This document shows positions 1 through 12,329 of a stretch of 64,000 bases of DNA, one piece after another. Source of the DNA: Camelus dromedarius (taxonomy: Eukaryota); assembly GCF_036321535.1 (NCBI RefSeq), contig NC_087437.1, positions 55,554,001-55,618,000 of the forward strand. Reading direction: 5' to 3'. The notes beneath the pieces were generated by a model. The model was not told the origin of the DNA. It saw nothing but the letters and a program-made list of their open reading frames with translations, and did no database searches. A program made the position numbers and the translations under genes. Position 1 is the first letter of the stretch, and the number at the start of each line of letters is the position of its first letter.

Positions 1-84
1 TGACCAGCTTAAGCAACACAAGCAAATGATATCCTGGATGCCTCCTTTTCCCACGTCCCAAACCTGGGATAAAAGTTGTTCATT

Positions 85-270
85 TGGACACATCCTGGTT
101 CCCCCACTTGCCAGATATGTGATCTTGGCTGAGCTTACAAGTATTTCTGAGCACATATCCTCATTTGTAAAAATACGGGCTAGAACTTTAAACTCTGAGG
201 CTTGTTTTGAGAATTAAATGCAGCAAGGCATGCAAAAGAGCCCAGCATAATACCTGGTGCACAATAATTT
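85..270 (+). mobile_element. MIR SINE fragment
   Basis: MIR-like core: 'tgtgatcttggctgag...cctcatttgtaaaaat...gagaattaaatg...cctggtgcacaata'. Confidence 0.7.
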
Positions 271-1008
271 CTCCAAAAATGTTTCCTTAAAGTTGAGCAG
301 CTGCCTGTCCTTAAATTTTATAGCAATTACCAGGTCTTTGATTATTATAGATCTTGTTTACTTTTTAATATAAATACAAAAATTATATTTATAGTCACTT
401 TATTTCTATCAGATATTAATAAAATATATTTTTAAAAGAAAATTACTCATATAACACATTACAACAAACAATAGGATATTATAATAATCTATATATTATA
501 TTGTTAATAATCTATTGATGTATCTAATATACACTATTTATATAGTACACAAAATATATTGATATATTTTAATATCAAAATAATGGGGATTAAAACTTAC
601 TTAAAGTTTTAAATGCTGAAAAATAAAGTAAAATCAATGTTGTTTCAGTACAAAATTTAATGAAAATACATGGAAAATTATGCAAAGAAGACTAATGAGC
701 TAAGCCAACTCTTTGGCTTTTAGTAAATGTCATAGAAAGCAAGCAATTTATTCCCAGATGCTAATAAGATCTCTGGTACCTAATTTTTGGAATAATGAAT
801 TTCTAAAATAAGGAAAAGACAAATATCTAAGACATAAACTATGAAAATGATCAGTGCAATTACTAAGCTGAATAACTAATCATAGATGATCAAAGAGCAA
901 AGTTTATTTAATTGGTAAAAAACATTCAACAGCAGTAGCTGTAGTTCAGGATAAATAAAATGGTTTGGATCCCTGTGTAATCTAGAGCAAGTGACAAACC
1001 CTGGCTTA

Positions 1009-1050
1009 GTTTTTTTGTTTGTTTGTTTGTTTTTGTTTTTGTTTTTTTTT
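1009..1050. repeat. (TTTG)n/(TTTTG)n T-rich tract
   Basis: Directly visible. Confidence 0.85.
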
Positions 1051-1759
1051 GGTAGAGTACATTTTGTTTTTATGGCTAAGATATAGAGATACCAATTGTA
1101 CAAAGATTTATTGAGCTTGAAATAATGTGTGAATAAGGTTTGTAAACTGTAAAATAGAATACAAAAATAATTATCTTTCCCTTTTCATGTCTATGAATAG
1201 TTATCTCACTAGAATTTGACCTATTTTTTCACTCATGGTAGATACTCACCAAACATACATGAAACAAGAAAACCAAATGGAGTCCAAATTCATCTGAAGT
1301 AGTGTTATCTCAAGATCAACCTTGCAGCTCCAAATCTATATCCCCTAGCAACTCTACTTGAACTAAAAAGAATGAAAAATTTTTCAAAGTCCAGTTTCCT
1401 TCCATTTCCTTTCCTGAAGCCCCTCCTGACCAAACCCACAAAAAATACTATCTTTCTACTTTAAAATATATTGACACTTGCTGCTTATATAATTTTTAAA
1501 AATAACTGCTTATTTACCATTTTATGTCTAAGTCTAGCATTTATCTAAGTAGATTATAAATTCCTGGTGGTTAGTCAAGTGTTTGCATCCTCCATAGGGC
1601 TTCCCTTGCCCACATTTAATAAATAAAATAACGTTTATTACATTAAATATCTGGGACTCATCCCCCTCCCAATATGAATCAACAGAGACATGGTGCCAGA
1701 AACCAATAACCTTTGTCTTTCTGTAATGGAGGACCAATCCTCTTGTCACAAAGCTCACT

Positions 1760-1880
1760 ATTTGCTAGCTCTCTCCACTAGTTCTTCTTAACAGTAGAAA
1801 TTTTCTTCAATTCATATTCCCTGTAGGAACTAGCACCATTCCTGGCTTGTCCAGTTTCAGTAAATATTTGAGGAATGATG
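1760..1880 (+). mobile_element. L2 LINE 3' end fragment
   Basis: 'ctagcaccattcctggc...cagtaaatatttgaggaatgatg' resembles the L2 3' terminus. Confidence 0.55.
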
Positions 1881-2946
1881 ATGTGGCATGACAGAAAGTA
1901 CTAACATTCAGTTCTTCACCCTGGTCCACCAGATAAAATCCTTTTATGCCTCTTTCCATTTTACTCTCTTCTAACGAGGAAAGATTGTTCTGACTGAGAA
2001 GGAGATTAAGTTGATCTACATTAATAAAAGGCCTAAGAGAATGGTATTATAGGAGTTGCAAGATTAAGGAAAGTGGCTAAAATTGTGTTGAGTGTTGCTT
2101 TGGATTGGTTAGTTGGGGCCCCGTCTAAAGTCCATATATGGATAAAAGTAAAGAATGAAATTCCTTTAATTGCTTTCACCTGTTGAACTATGCTGGTTGA
2201 ACTTGACGTGGCTTATGTACTGAGCCACATGGGTCTCCGAGTGCTTTAGGACTGTAATTAAAGGGATAAGTGAAACTGTGGGTCAATTAAAGTCTGAGAG
2301 AGTCTTGGGGCAGGTTGTTTAATAAGCAGGAATTTTGGCAATGGTTTGTTGTGGGCTGTAATGAGCCCGGAGAGCTGGAAGCTGTAGTATCAGTCCTTTA
2401 CTTTTTCACTCTTCCTCAGTTTCCCAAACCTCTCACAGTCCAATCCTGGGTCTGTTGGCTAAATCTGAGAATCCAGATTCAGTGTCACATCTCACAAAGT
2501 GGAAAGAGGACTCATTCTAAGAAAATGAACATAAATACACACAACAGAAGAAGATTGTGCACTAGATATTTGTCCCTGTGTAGTAAGTAGTAATCAAGAA
2601 ATAGATCCTAAGGTCCAACCGAGTAGAACCACAAATGTTCTAGCTCTGTAATGCAGTAATCTGAGACCAAATAATTATGCTTGAAAGAAAATAACTAGCA
2701 TGAAAAAAGTTTTAATATATATTTAACTTAAATTTTACATTGTTTCTATCAAATGATCCATTTAATGTAGGTATATTTTATATATATATATATACACACA
2801 CACATATACATATATACAATTCCAAAATTTCTACATTTATATATAATAAAATTTCCAAAATTTCTACAGTGAGCATATTACTTTTGTGTCCATGGGGGGG
2901 GGAATAAATTCTTAAAGGGGAGAGGAACACATTGCATTCTTCTTTC

Positions 2947-3123
2947 TTTTTTTTTTTTTTATTGAAGTATAGTTGAGTTACAGTGTTGTGTTAATTTCTA
3001 GTGTACAGCAGAGTGATTCATTTATATATATATGTATACACATTCCTTTTCGTATTTTTTCATTATAGGCAATTAAAAGGTATTAAATATAGTTCCCTGT
3101 GCTACACAGTAGGACCCTGTTGT
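2947..3123 (-). mobile_element. 5'-truncated L1 3'UTR (artiodactyl/camelid type)
   Basis: Poly(T) then 'ttattgaagtatagttg...ttccctgtgctacacagtaggaccc'; TSD-like flanks 2932-2949 and 3124-3141 (16/18 identical). Confidence 0.9.
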
Positions 3124-4321
3124 TTGCATACTTATTTCTTTAGTAGAAGGAGAAAACTTCATACAATTATGAAGAGAAACACAAGTAAGAATTGCATACT
3201 TATTTCTAAAGATCTACTGTGGAGAACGCAGTATTGTAGAAAAGTGCATGTTACTTGAAATTAAATCCATAGACTCTGTTAACATCCGATTTACCCCCAG
3301 AAAAGAAAGAAAAAAAAAAAATCCTTGCCTAGGGCCAGGAGAAGGAGGAGAGAGAAATGAAAAGGGGGGAGGAGGAGGCTCAAGACCGCTCATGTGTCCT
3401 GGTAAGTGGAATCTGCCTGAGCATGCCGTGCTTAAGCTGCCAAACATCTTCTCTCAAAGAAATATTGAGGAGCTGCTGGTATGGCTGATGAAATCAACCT
3501 GACCAGTTCTTTTTGTCTGCCTGCCTCCTCCACCTCCAGTGCATTGTGCAAGAGAAAGCTTAAACCATCTTCCTGTCAGGTGGAACGAGCGGATAAGCAC
3601 CAGGTGGCCATGCTCTTGGTCCTGGGGCTCAGGGTGCAGCTGCTGGGTAGAGAGCCAGGTCCTGGCCCAGGGCACACACTGTCCCTGCGCTGAGGGCTGG
3701 CTAGGCACAGCGTGCTCACATCCTGTTCAAAAGCCAGAGTTTTAGGTTTGAGGAGCCAGATTCTTGTGCTGTGGGGTTGAATGACTATTAGGAATGCAGG
3801 GAGCAAATTAATTATTTTGCAGGAGGAATTCTACCTGGCAAGTTTAAGTTAGAGACTCTTGAGTGACTGACCGTAACGGAGTATGGGAAAGAGATATGGA
3901 ATATCAGAAGGTTACATCAATTCAGTTGATCATTGATTGGGTATTTAATACAGCAACGTGCCTTCCAGGTGTTATGAGATAAACAGGGACTCTGTCATCT
4001 AAGACCTTCCAGTTCCTTCCAGACACACGTACAAATAGCTCACATGATTTGCCAATGGTGAAGGAAGACCCTGGGTGAACTTTGGAGATGCAATCAGTCA
4101 TCCATTTCTCTAAGATCAACACTACTTAAATGTGGATACTCTGGCCTTCTGCATTCTTGTGTAGTTAAGTCAGTAAAAGGATAGTTAAAAGAGCAATCGC
4201 AACTATAGGATGCCCTGGATACCAGGGTAAGTGGTCTCATTCCTGCTTTGTGATTTGGGGTGAGCTGCTCCTTTGCACCGAATTTCTTTTTTTCTTAAGC
4301 TCCACCCAGTTCTAACATTTT

Positions 4322-4468
4322 TTTTAGCTTTTTTTTTTTTTTTGTAAGGGGGAAGTAATTAGGTTTTCTATTTTATTTTATTTTATTTTTGTTTGAACAG
4401 AGGTACTGGGGATTGAGCCCAGGACCTCATGCATGCTTAGCATCTACCACTGAGCTATACCGTCCCCC
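4322..4468 (-). mobile_element. Camelid tRNA-derived SINE (Vic-1-like), long form
   Basis: Reverse strand reads GGGGGACGGTATAGCTCAGTGGTAGA...CCTGGGCTCAATCCCCAGTACCTC...CCTAATTACTTCCCCC + A tail; TSD ctaacatttt at 4312-4321 and 4472-4481. Confidence 0.92.
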
Positions 4469-4939
4469 GACCTAACATTTTCTTATTGCCATAAAAACAG
4501 CAAATCTGTGAAAGTCAGTGAAGTGTAGCCATGTTATAACTGTATCCTCCCAGCTAATATCACAGAATTAATCATAGGTAAAAGACCGTGATGGTCTTTG
4601 ATTTCCTTCTTCTCTTTCTTGTTCCTTATCTTTTTGATTCCTCACTGTAACCCCATTCAAATCAAAGCTGTATTGAGCTCTTTTTCATGTCACATTCCCC
4701 AGTGATGCCCACTGGCATGCAACCTGGAATAATAAAAACAATTCTGCAAGTGTGCTCCCTCATATAAACCAGGAACTCCGAAGCTGATGTGACAGAGCTG
4801 TCTGCCCATTTGTCTTCTGTCTGGTTTCTTCCTGCTTAACTACATGCTTACTCATGTCAGTCTGCTTCTGGTCCAGCCCAATTCACTCTCATTCACCACG
4901 GAGCACACTGGTGAGTGAAGTACGGACCTGGCCTTCTGA

Positions 4940-5830
4940 TTACTGAGAGTCTAACTGAAAAGTAATGACAAATATGTACACAAATGACCAGATAATTAGG
5001 CAGAATAAGGTTAGTGCCCTCTCTCTCAAGGAAAAAGGCAAAATGAATGTGGAGTTCAAAAGATGGACACATATTGGGCTTGAGAAAGTTGTAATGGGAA
5101 AGGGGCCATTCAGGGTATACCTTGGAGAATAGAATTGTGTTTTAGTAAGACTGGTGTGGAGGAATAGGGCAGGACATACTGAACAACTTAACAGTGTCAC
5201 AAAGGTCTATGCATGGGGAAGGCAGGCATGGAGAATGGTGCACGGTTGCCTTAAGTGAAATAGCTGATTGTGCTAGATCATGGAAGACCTCCGACACCAG
5301 TGTTTAAAAAAAAAATGGCCTATGTGGTAGGCAATAGAGAGCTTCTGAGTGTTTCTGGTTAGAAATATGGAAAGATTAGGAAAAAAATGCATGGTGAAAT
5401 AGCTTAGAAGAATACTTTAAGAATTAGATATTTGTCTAAGTAAACAATGATGATGCCTAAGTATTATAGGAGTAGATACTGCAAGGGGAAAATCTGCTGG
5501 ACTCAACCAGTGATTAGCAATAGAAGTCCAAGGAAAGAAATCAGAATTGAAGTATAAGTTTTGAGCTGAGTTAATAAGGCAAATGCTGGAAGAGCCAGGG
5601 AGGTCAGGAAGAGGCGCTGTTAAAATGGAAGGGAATAAAGGCAGAGTGGGTCACCTTGAGATTCAAAGACTCAATGCAGATGTTGATTAATTACTTAGGA
5701 AAGTGGGTTGGGAGTTGAAATCCCAGTTCAGGTTAAAATACCTGAGTTGGTCACCGTCATTGTTAGGTGGTGATTGAAGCCATAAGAGTGCACTAGAGGT
5801 TGGCAGTGAAAATGAGGTAAGAAGAAAAGA
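4940..5830 (-). mobile_element. L2 LINE fragment, highly diverged
   Basis: Purine-rich antisense L2-like motifs such as 'tagatcatggaagacct' and 'ggtaggcaatagagagcttctgag'. Confidence 0.55.
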
Positions 5831-7099
5831 GGAGAAATGGCTTTTCTGCCTGAAGGTTCCCTTGGGCTCTGGTGGGTGGGTCTGGCCAGCACACATAGAA
5901 GCACAGATTTGTGGGTTTCTTGGAAACATTCACACAGTGACTAGTCCATGCCAAAGCCTCAACAGTTGGTTTGGATCAGAGTGTGACCACAGGCATCTGA
6001 TCTCGGTCAGAGTAGCTCTAGAGGTCAACTCTGTTTCAGAGGGGGCATGGAGGGGAATATGTCCCAGCTCACCTTGCCTCTCTTCCACATCATCAAGCCC
6101 TGGTTATAAAATTACAAGGTTGAAAGCACAGTTTCATTCATATATATATGAATAAAGCGTCTATAAATGCTTTGTAGATTATAAATTATTATACCATTAT
6201 TATTATTGTTGCAGATAGTAGAAAGAAGAACTATAATTAAAATGATAGATCGCTCGAAAGAAACCTACTCTTGGCAATAAACCTGCTGGGCCCTCGTGTG
6301 TCCTTAAAAAGATCAGACCCAGAGAGAGGACAGTTTGCCTGAGGTCTGGCAGAGCCCGGGGCAGACCTCAAGCCTTTGGGCTTTTACTCAGAGCCTCTTC
6401 TCTTTTTGCAGCCAAGTTAATTCCTCTCCCAACCCTTACTTTTTGGCAAATTTAACACAATTGTAATATTTAGTAGAGAAGTGGGTCATTTCTTCCTTTC
6501 CATTTTCAATTCTAAGTTTGAGAACATTTTGGAAAATTTCCCTGCAAGTTGGAAAACGGGGAAGAGTTGAAGGAATAGCAGAAGGCTGAATTTCATTCAG
6601 CTGACTTTGAGGATTGAGGATTTAATCCAATAATGCTTTTCCTAGGTGCTGTGGGGGCAAGGGGAGTCACAGGGGCTCCACACCAGGACCTCATGGTCCC
6701 TGCTGCGGAGGCAGAAGTGCAAAGAGCTAAGGCAAAGCTGAATGAGATTAGAGTTGCCACAGAAAAATAAACAAACTTAATATTTTTGGTTTAGTTCACT
6801 TCCTGAATGGCTAGAAAACTGGAGGTTTTGATGTTGGGCACCTCCTACGACTTGCTAGGAGAGAGAAAATGTCCCATATAGGTAGGCCATTTTTCCACAG
6901 TCCCAGACATTCTAGGATCATTTATTTTACAAAGTGGAACAAACCTCTCTCCTCAATGGTCTTGAGAAACTCTCAAACTCCAGGGGCCTTCACCGTAGAC
7001 TCCGGGAGATGCAGTGGAGCATCCCAGGACAAGAAGCTACAGGGGTTTTGGATCACTGCCAAGCTGCAAGATGAACCCGATAGGGTTCCTAAATGACAG

Positions 7100-7335
7100 C
7101 AGGGCCTCGGCCTCAGGCCTGGCTTCATGCTATTCCAGTCGTGTGACCTGTCTCCTGCACTGATCTGAGATAACACTTATCACAGTCTGCTTGGAATCAA
7201 GTTACTGGCGGGGGTGCCTGCTTCCGCCGCTAGACGGGAGAGCAGTGACAGAGCCACCCTCCACTGTGTCCCCTAGAGCACTTGGCCCAGGCCCTGGCAC
7301 TCGGTAATGCCCAGTAAGTGTGCAGGGTTGGCTGG
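7100..7335 (+). mobile_element. L2 LINE 3' end (GC-shifted)
   Basis: 'ccgctagacgggag...ctgtgtcccctagagcacttggcccaggccctggcactcggtaatgcccagtaagtg' follows the order of the L2 3' end. Confidence 0.65.
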
Positions 7336-7646
7336 AATTTTGGCTGGCCTCTTCATTTTTCATTGGTAAAACCTCTGGCTCGTCTTGCCCGGTTTGAGAA
7401 GGATAAAGCACACCTTGTGTTGAAAGCTTTGGATGATTTCAGAGAGCAGGGTGGTAAGGAAATGCAGATCTGCAGTTGACTCCCTGTGGCGCTGTGGTCC
7501 AGTCCTTCCTTTGGCCACACCTGTGTTTCTGTAGGTGGTTAGAGGGGTTAATGGATGCTGTTCTTTTAGTTCTTGCTTTTGGTGATTCTATCATTTTGTT
7601 AGGTAAATTCAACTGTAAAATCCCTTTTGGTTCAATTTCTCTTTCT

Positions 7647-7832
7647 CTTTCTTAAAGAATAGTTGATTCACAGTATTGTGTTTTTTTCTGGTTACAACAA
7701 AGTGACTCAGTCATACAAACATGTATATACACATTCTTTTTCATATTCTTTTCCATTATGGTTTATTACACGATATTGATTATGGTTCCCTGTGCTATCC
7801 AGTAGGACCTTATTTATCTATTTTATATCTAA
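7647..7832 (-). mobile_element. 5'-truncated L1 3'UTR with 16-bp TSD
   Basis: 'ttccctgtgctatccagtaggacctt' L1 3'UTR motif; perfect TSD ttcaatttctctttct at 7631-7646 and 7833-7848. Confidence 0.9.
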
Positions 7833-7984
7833 TTCAATTTCTCTTTCTTTATCTCTACTGATCCTTGATATGACAAGATGTAAATTAGTCAGACATTGTT
7901 CTAAACGTAGAAAGATTTTTTTTAAAAAAGGAGTGGAGTAAAAAGGAAAGGACACTGCATTATTATTGAACAAGAATAACCATT

Positions 7985-8350
7985 CGTTTACACTTTCTTA
8001 TTTCCAACCTCTTTATCAAAAGTCCTTTATGAGCATGGAGGTATTTATTCCTTGCTACAACCCTGAGGTGAGCTTTGTTCATTTTGATTGGCAGATAAAG
8101 AAGCAGCTTGGGGATGGTAAGAAAACCTCCACTGTGACAGAGGCAGTCAGTGGTAGAATCAGGATCCCGGTTCAGACTGACCTCCTATTATACCTCTCTG
8201 CTCCTTGCATACACTTTGAACAATTCATTTAAGATCTCTGGGTCTCAGTTTGGGTGTAAAATGGAATTAATAATACTTCATAGCATTCACAGAAAATTAA
8301 GATTCTGTATGTAAAACAGCAACAACTTTAGAAGCCTGAAAGAGCTAAAC
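7985..8350. mobile_element. Two MIR fragments (minus ~7985-8190, plus ~8230-8350)
   Basis: 'gcagataaagaagcagcttgggg...ggtagaatcaggatcccgg' and 'ctctgggtctcagttt...gtaaaatggaattaataatac'. Confidence 0.6.
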
Positions 8351-9524
8351 AAATCTAAGTGATTATCACATTATTAAATAGTCAGTGTAATAGCCCAGGT
8401 TACCAAATCCTGCTTTCAAAGGAGGGTGAAATTCAAAAGCTGTGGATCTCTCAGTAACTGAAACCTCTCTGTCCTGGTTTTACCACGTGCCTTGACATTT
8501 TACATCCTTAGATCAAGTTATTACATTGAATCTCTCATGAGTTCAAAGTTCCTTGCCTACACAATTAGAGAACTTAGAAGAAAATTAAGAAAATCTAAAG
8601 ATCATCCTTTGATTATTCTTCAGTTATTCAGTTAGCAAAATTTTTCAAACTGATAATCCTTACTAGGAGACAGTGAAACTAGTGCTCCCATATATAGGGT
8701 GCAGCAATAGGAAGTCTTTTGTGATTCAACCTGTCAATATCATCCATCAGATGACAGTGTTCTTATATATACATTTTGCACCTACTAATTATTTCTTTAG
8801 TTATGTATTGTAAAAAGGGGTGATAGCCTTGAAAATATATGAATATGCTTATCTCTTGCCTTTTCATAGAACTGACATTAACCCAATCAGCCTGAAGCAC
8901 TTTTTTACTGTTTACGGTGATGTTGAGGGGGAAGTTCAGAGGGTAATTAGTGTTGGTGTAACAGGACTGCAGAGAGAGAAGAAGTTAATGTTCAGTTTCT
9001 GACAACCAAAATAGGAATCAAATGTCCACAGAAAAGTAATGAGATATAAAGTTAGTTAAGAGAGAAAAAGTTTTCCTGAATTCCCTCATCTTCTAGTTTA
9101 AAGCCTGAAAGACTTATTCTTACTTTTTAAGGAAGATACTGGTTATATGATGAAAAGAAGAAGGGGATAGCCCATTCCTGCCAGTTTTAGTGATTATAAG
9201 AGAGAGAAGAGAAACCGAGATCAGGTACCATGTTTCTCTTCCCCATCCTCTAACCATATTGACGTGTGCAGAGATGTAGGAGTTACCTTAGAAATACCCA
9301 ACTGAATAGGGGGAAGGCCAGAGACAACTGGGATCATGGCCTGCTTTCATATTCAGAGCATGATGAACCTTAAAGCTCTATAGAACTCGTGCCACCTCCA
9401 AGATTGTGCAAGCAGTGAGAATGAGACAGCCCAGCAAGTTTGGCGTGCAGAAGGCCACACATGTCCGTTACTACACTGCCTACGATGGCAGAAAGGTCCA
9501 CCTAGGCTCCATGGCTAATAATAA

Positions 9525-10840
9525 GGAAATGTTTAAATATATTGAGGTACCCTCTTTTGACAGAGAGTTTTGTGATAAAGCTGACATTGAATATAAAAAA
9601 TACTAGAGCATGGAAATCTGAGCTTTTTTCTTTTTGCACTGCTGGCCATCCACTGATTTTTGAAATTTTTGAATATCAAAGATCTATTTTGCAGATAAAC
9701 CCGTGCTCTGCAATGGCATTGAGCTTTTTGTAAATGAGGCCTATACATTTTATTTGCACTTCTCTCAAAATCAGGTGGAAGTTTTTGATCTAAATATTCA
9801 GTGAATGAAGCAATAAAAAACTTCAGCTTTGAAAATTTAGATAAATATAATTATTGAAAATAAAGTTTACAAACAGGAAGATGTTGAAATTTTTCCCTAT
9901 AAAAGCAAAAGAGAAACAAAATAAATTGAATGATGGAAGTTCATACTGTAAAAAATTTAATTTTGAAATTATTTAATTTTTTTAGAATATGTAAGCTTGT
10001 AGAAAAATAATTTTAATGAAGTTTCTGTTCGTATTAGAGAAATTTATATTCTGTTTTAGAATGAAATAAAATAGAGAAGGACTTTTATTTTACAGAATCA
10101 AAGTTTGGTGAAACTTTCAAATGAATAAAAAAAGACAATTTATTGAATGAGTTTTGACTCAAAAATATTTATTGAAGAAATGTATTCTAAATAGAGGTAA
10201 ATACATATTTTCAAAGATATTTGGGCTGAAATATTTATATATTTTTATATAAAATATATTAGAATAGAAAATACCTTGCATTTTACAAACTTTGCAGTAT
10301 TTATCAAATATTTCAACTGCTATAAAGAGTATTTTCTCAATTAAAAATATGTCTATAGAGAAGATTCAGTTGAAAAATGACAGTAATTTCAAATTTATTA
10401 ATTGTAAAATGCAACTTTAAAGAACTATTTCAGTCAAATGTCAGAAAAAATAGTATCATATGGGAAAAAATCCATTCTTCAAAAAACACCAGTGTCATTG
10501 TATTAGAAACAGATGTAGCTAAGAAAATTAGTGAAGTTTTTGAACATATACAATGATCACTCAGGTTGTTGAGTTCAGATAATTAAAATGAAAACTTTTC
10601 TTTCCAGCTTTAATGTACATGGATGCATGTTACATTTTTTAGTGAAAAAAAATTCACTTTTATCTTTGAATGTAGGTTTTTGAATAGTACTATTTTCAGG
10701 TATCATACAGCATCATATAACTATCATATAACATTTTATGGATCAATAAGTGAAGATTTCAAAAATATTTATAATTAATTTTAACTCCCTTTTTTTTCTC
10801 AAAATTGCCCTGGATTGAACATATTTTATGATTGTCTTTG
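9525..10840 (+). mobile_element. hAT DNA transposon remnant (Blackjack-type): decayed 3' part of the transposase plus 3' end
   Basis: Broken frames give 'EFCDKADIEYKK', 'IFEIFE', 'NEAYTFYLHFSQNQVEVF' and near 10.3-10.5 kb 'ISNLLIVKCNF' and 'KIHSS', resembling a hAT transposase and its C-terminal dimerisation region; many stops and frameshifts; family name from memory. Confidence 0.72.
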
Positions 10841-12329
10841 CTATAGTAGAGATTTCTCCACATTGCTGCTTTATACCCAGAACAAAGACTAGCGAGAAAA
10901 CACAGTTCTGTTTTTAAAAACATAGGGAAAAGACTGTGAAGAATTTTGTTTAAGTATTAAAATAATTGTGCTAGGGGGTGGAGATAATGAATTCCTTTTT
11001 CTTTTCTAATTTCCATTTTAAAAATTGAGACCAGATTATTTGTACATGGAGCAGATGTGCAAGGGACAAAAAGAGAAGAACAGAAAAGTGTTTGGAACTT
11101 CCCGGAGAAGGAGGCCACTTGAGTCAGTATGGCTTCCTCTGCCAACAGGACTCTGAGGGCAGCAAAGGTGAGGACGCAGGCGCACCATGCCAGCTTCCTC
11201 CACATCTCGAGAACACACGCCTCTCCTGCATCTGTCACGCCATCAGCTAGTCAAGACGTTCTTCTTCCCTTGCCCTCCAGACCCAGTCAAGGTAGTACTG
11301 ACAAATAAGGTCAGCTTCGGGGGCCGGGGTGAGTGAAGCATTTTATATTTATATCCACAGACACACACTCCTGTGTATGTTCCAGTGACTTCAGGGGACT
11401 TTCCACAGCCATGGGTGTCCTGTGTCTGGTGTGAGGTAACTTCCTGGCCCACTTACTTCTCTAGATGCAAAGCACCTGGCGAAGGGGTTCCAGGGCTCAT
11501 GAATTGAGGTGTTAAGAGTATCTCTCTCAATAACACATCTCCCTGTTCTAAACTATCTGTTCACTATTCACTATGCTGGTAACTTACGTGTAGCACTTTC
11601 TGGTGGGGTGTTTTGTTTTCCTCTGTCTGTGATCACTAGCTGTAAGATTAAGAGAGGCATGGAAAATGTGACTTCATGACTTTCTGGGTGATTAATTTAA
11701 CAAGGGGGAATAAATAAAAAAAGAAGAGTGCTTGGCACGAAATCAGTACTAGATAAGTATTGGTATTACTTTGACACTTTATGGAGGAACAAAGTGTCTA
11801 GTGGGGGAGTTTCAGTGGAGACAAGACAATGATGAGAAATGGTATGAAATAACAAGATTTAACAATTTAGAACATGTTGAGCACGTATTATGTGGAAGTC
11901 ACCGGCTGAGACTCCAGGAACAAAATGGTGAAGAATATTCCTGCCTTTAAAGAATTGACAACCCGATGATGAAATTTAACTGAGTTGAATGAATGTAATA
12001 TCTCTCATTTCGTGCAAAATTCTAGCTACACTAGCATGTATGTTCTGGTATGTGCGTTCAAAGGAGCTAAAAAAAAAAAGTTGACCAAAATTCGAGCAGT
12101 TGGGGGAATGGTGGATGTCCTCTCTTATTCGTATTTGTTTATATTTAGAGAGCAGTATCTGCCTCCTGGACTCTTTTCGACCTGACGTCATCTAGCACAA
12201 AGGAATGGTTTAAATGAAAGGAAAGTGCAGTATGCTTGTTGGGGAAGACACTGTTAGATTACCCATCTAGTGTCCCGTCTCTTTTTTTATTAACAGAATT
12301 TGCTTCTCTTGGGGTTTGAGTTAACAGTA

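Noticed and set aside
330..870. Very AT-rich segment as a DNA-transposon or origin-like element
   Set aside because: No TIR/TSD or peptide similarity I can defend; treated as low-complexity or unidentifiable old repeat
2131..2142. CArG palindrome tccatatatgga
   Set aside because: Isolated; several CC(A/T)6GG matches are expected by chance in 64 kb of AT-rich DNA
3399..4232. Strong splice donors GTAAGT at ~3402 and ~4227
   Set aside because: No convincing paired acceptor with an open coding frame; isolated donors are common
4400..4468. tRNA gene (also 13250-13325 and 44360-44440)
   Set aside because: The A/B boxes belong to SINE heads with A tails and TSDs; no complete cloverleaf
7224..7242. 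CTCF site (ccgctagacgggag)
   Set aside because: Mismatches at core positions; explained by the L2 'ccactagactg' motif
9406..9748. ORFs as a domesticated transposase (ZBED-like) gene
   Set aside because: Multiple stops and frameshifts; no continuous frame
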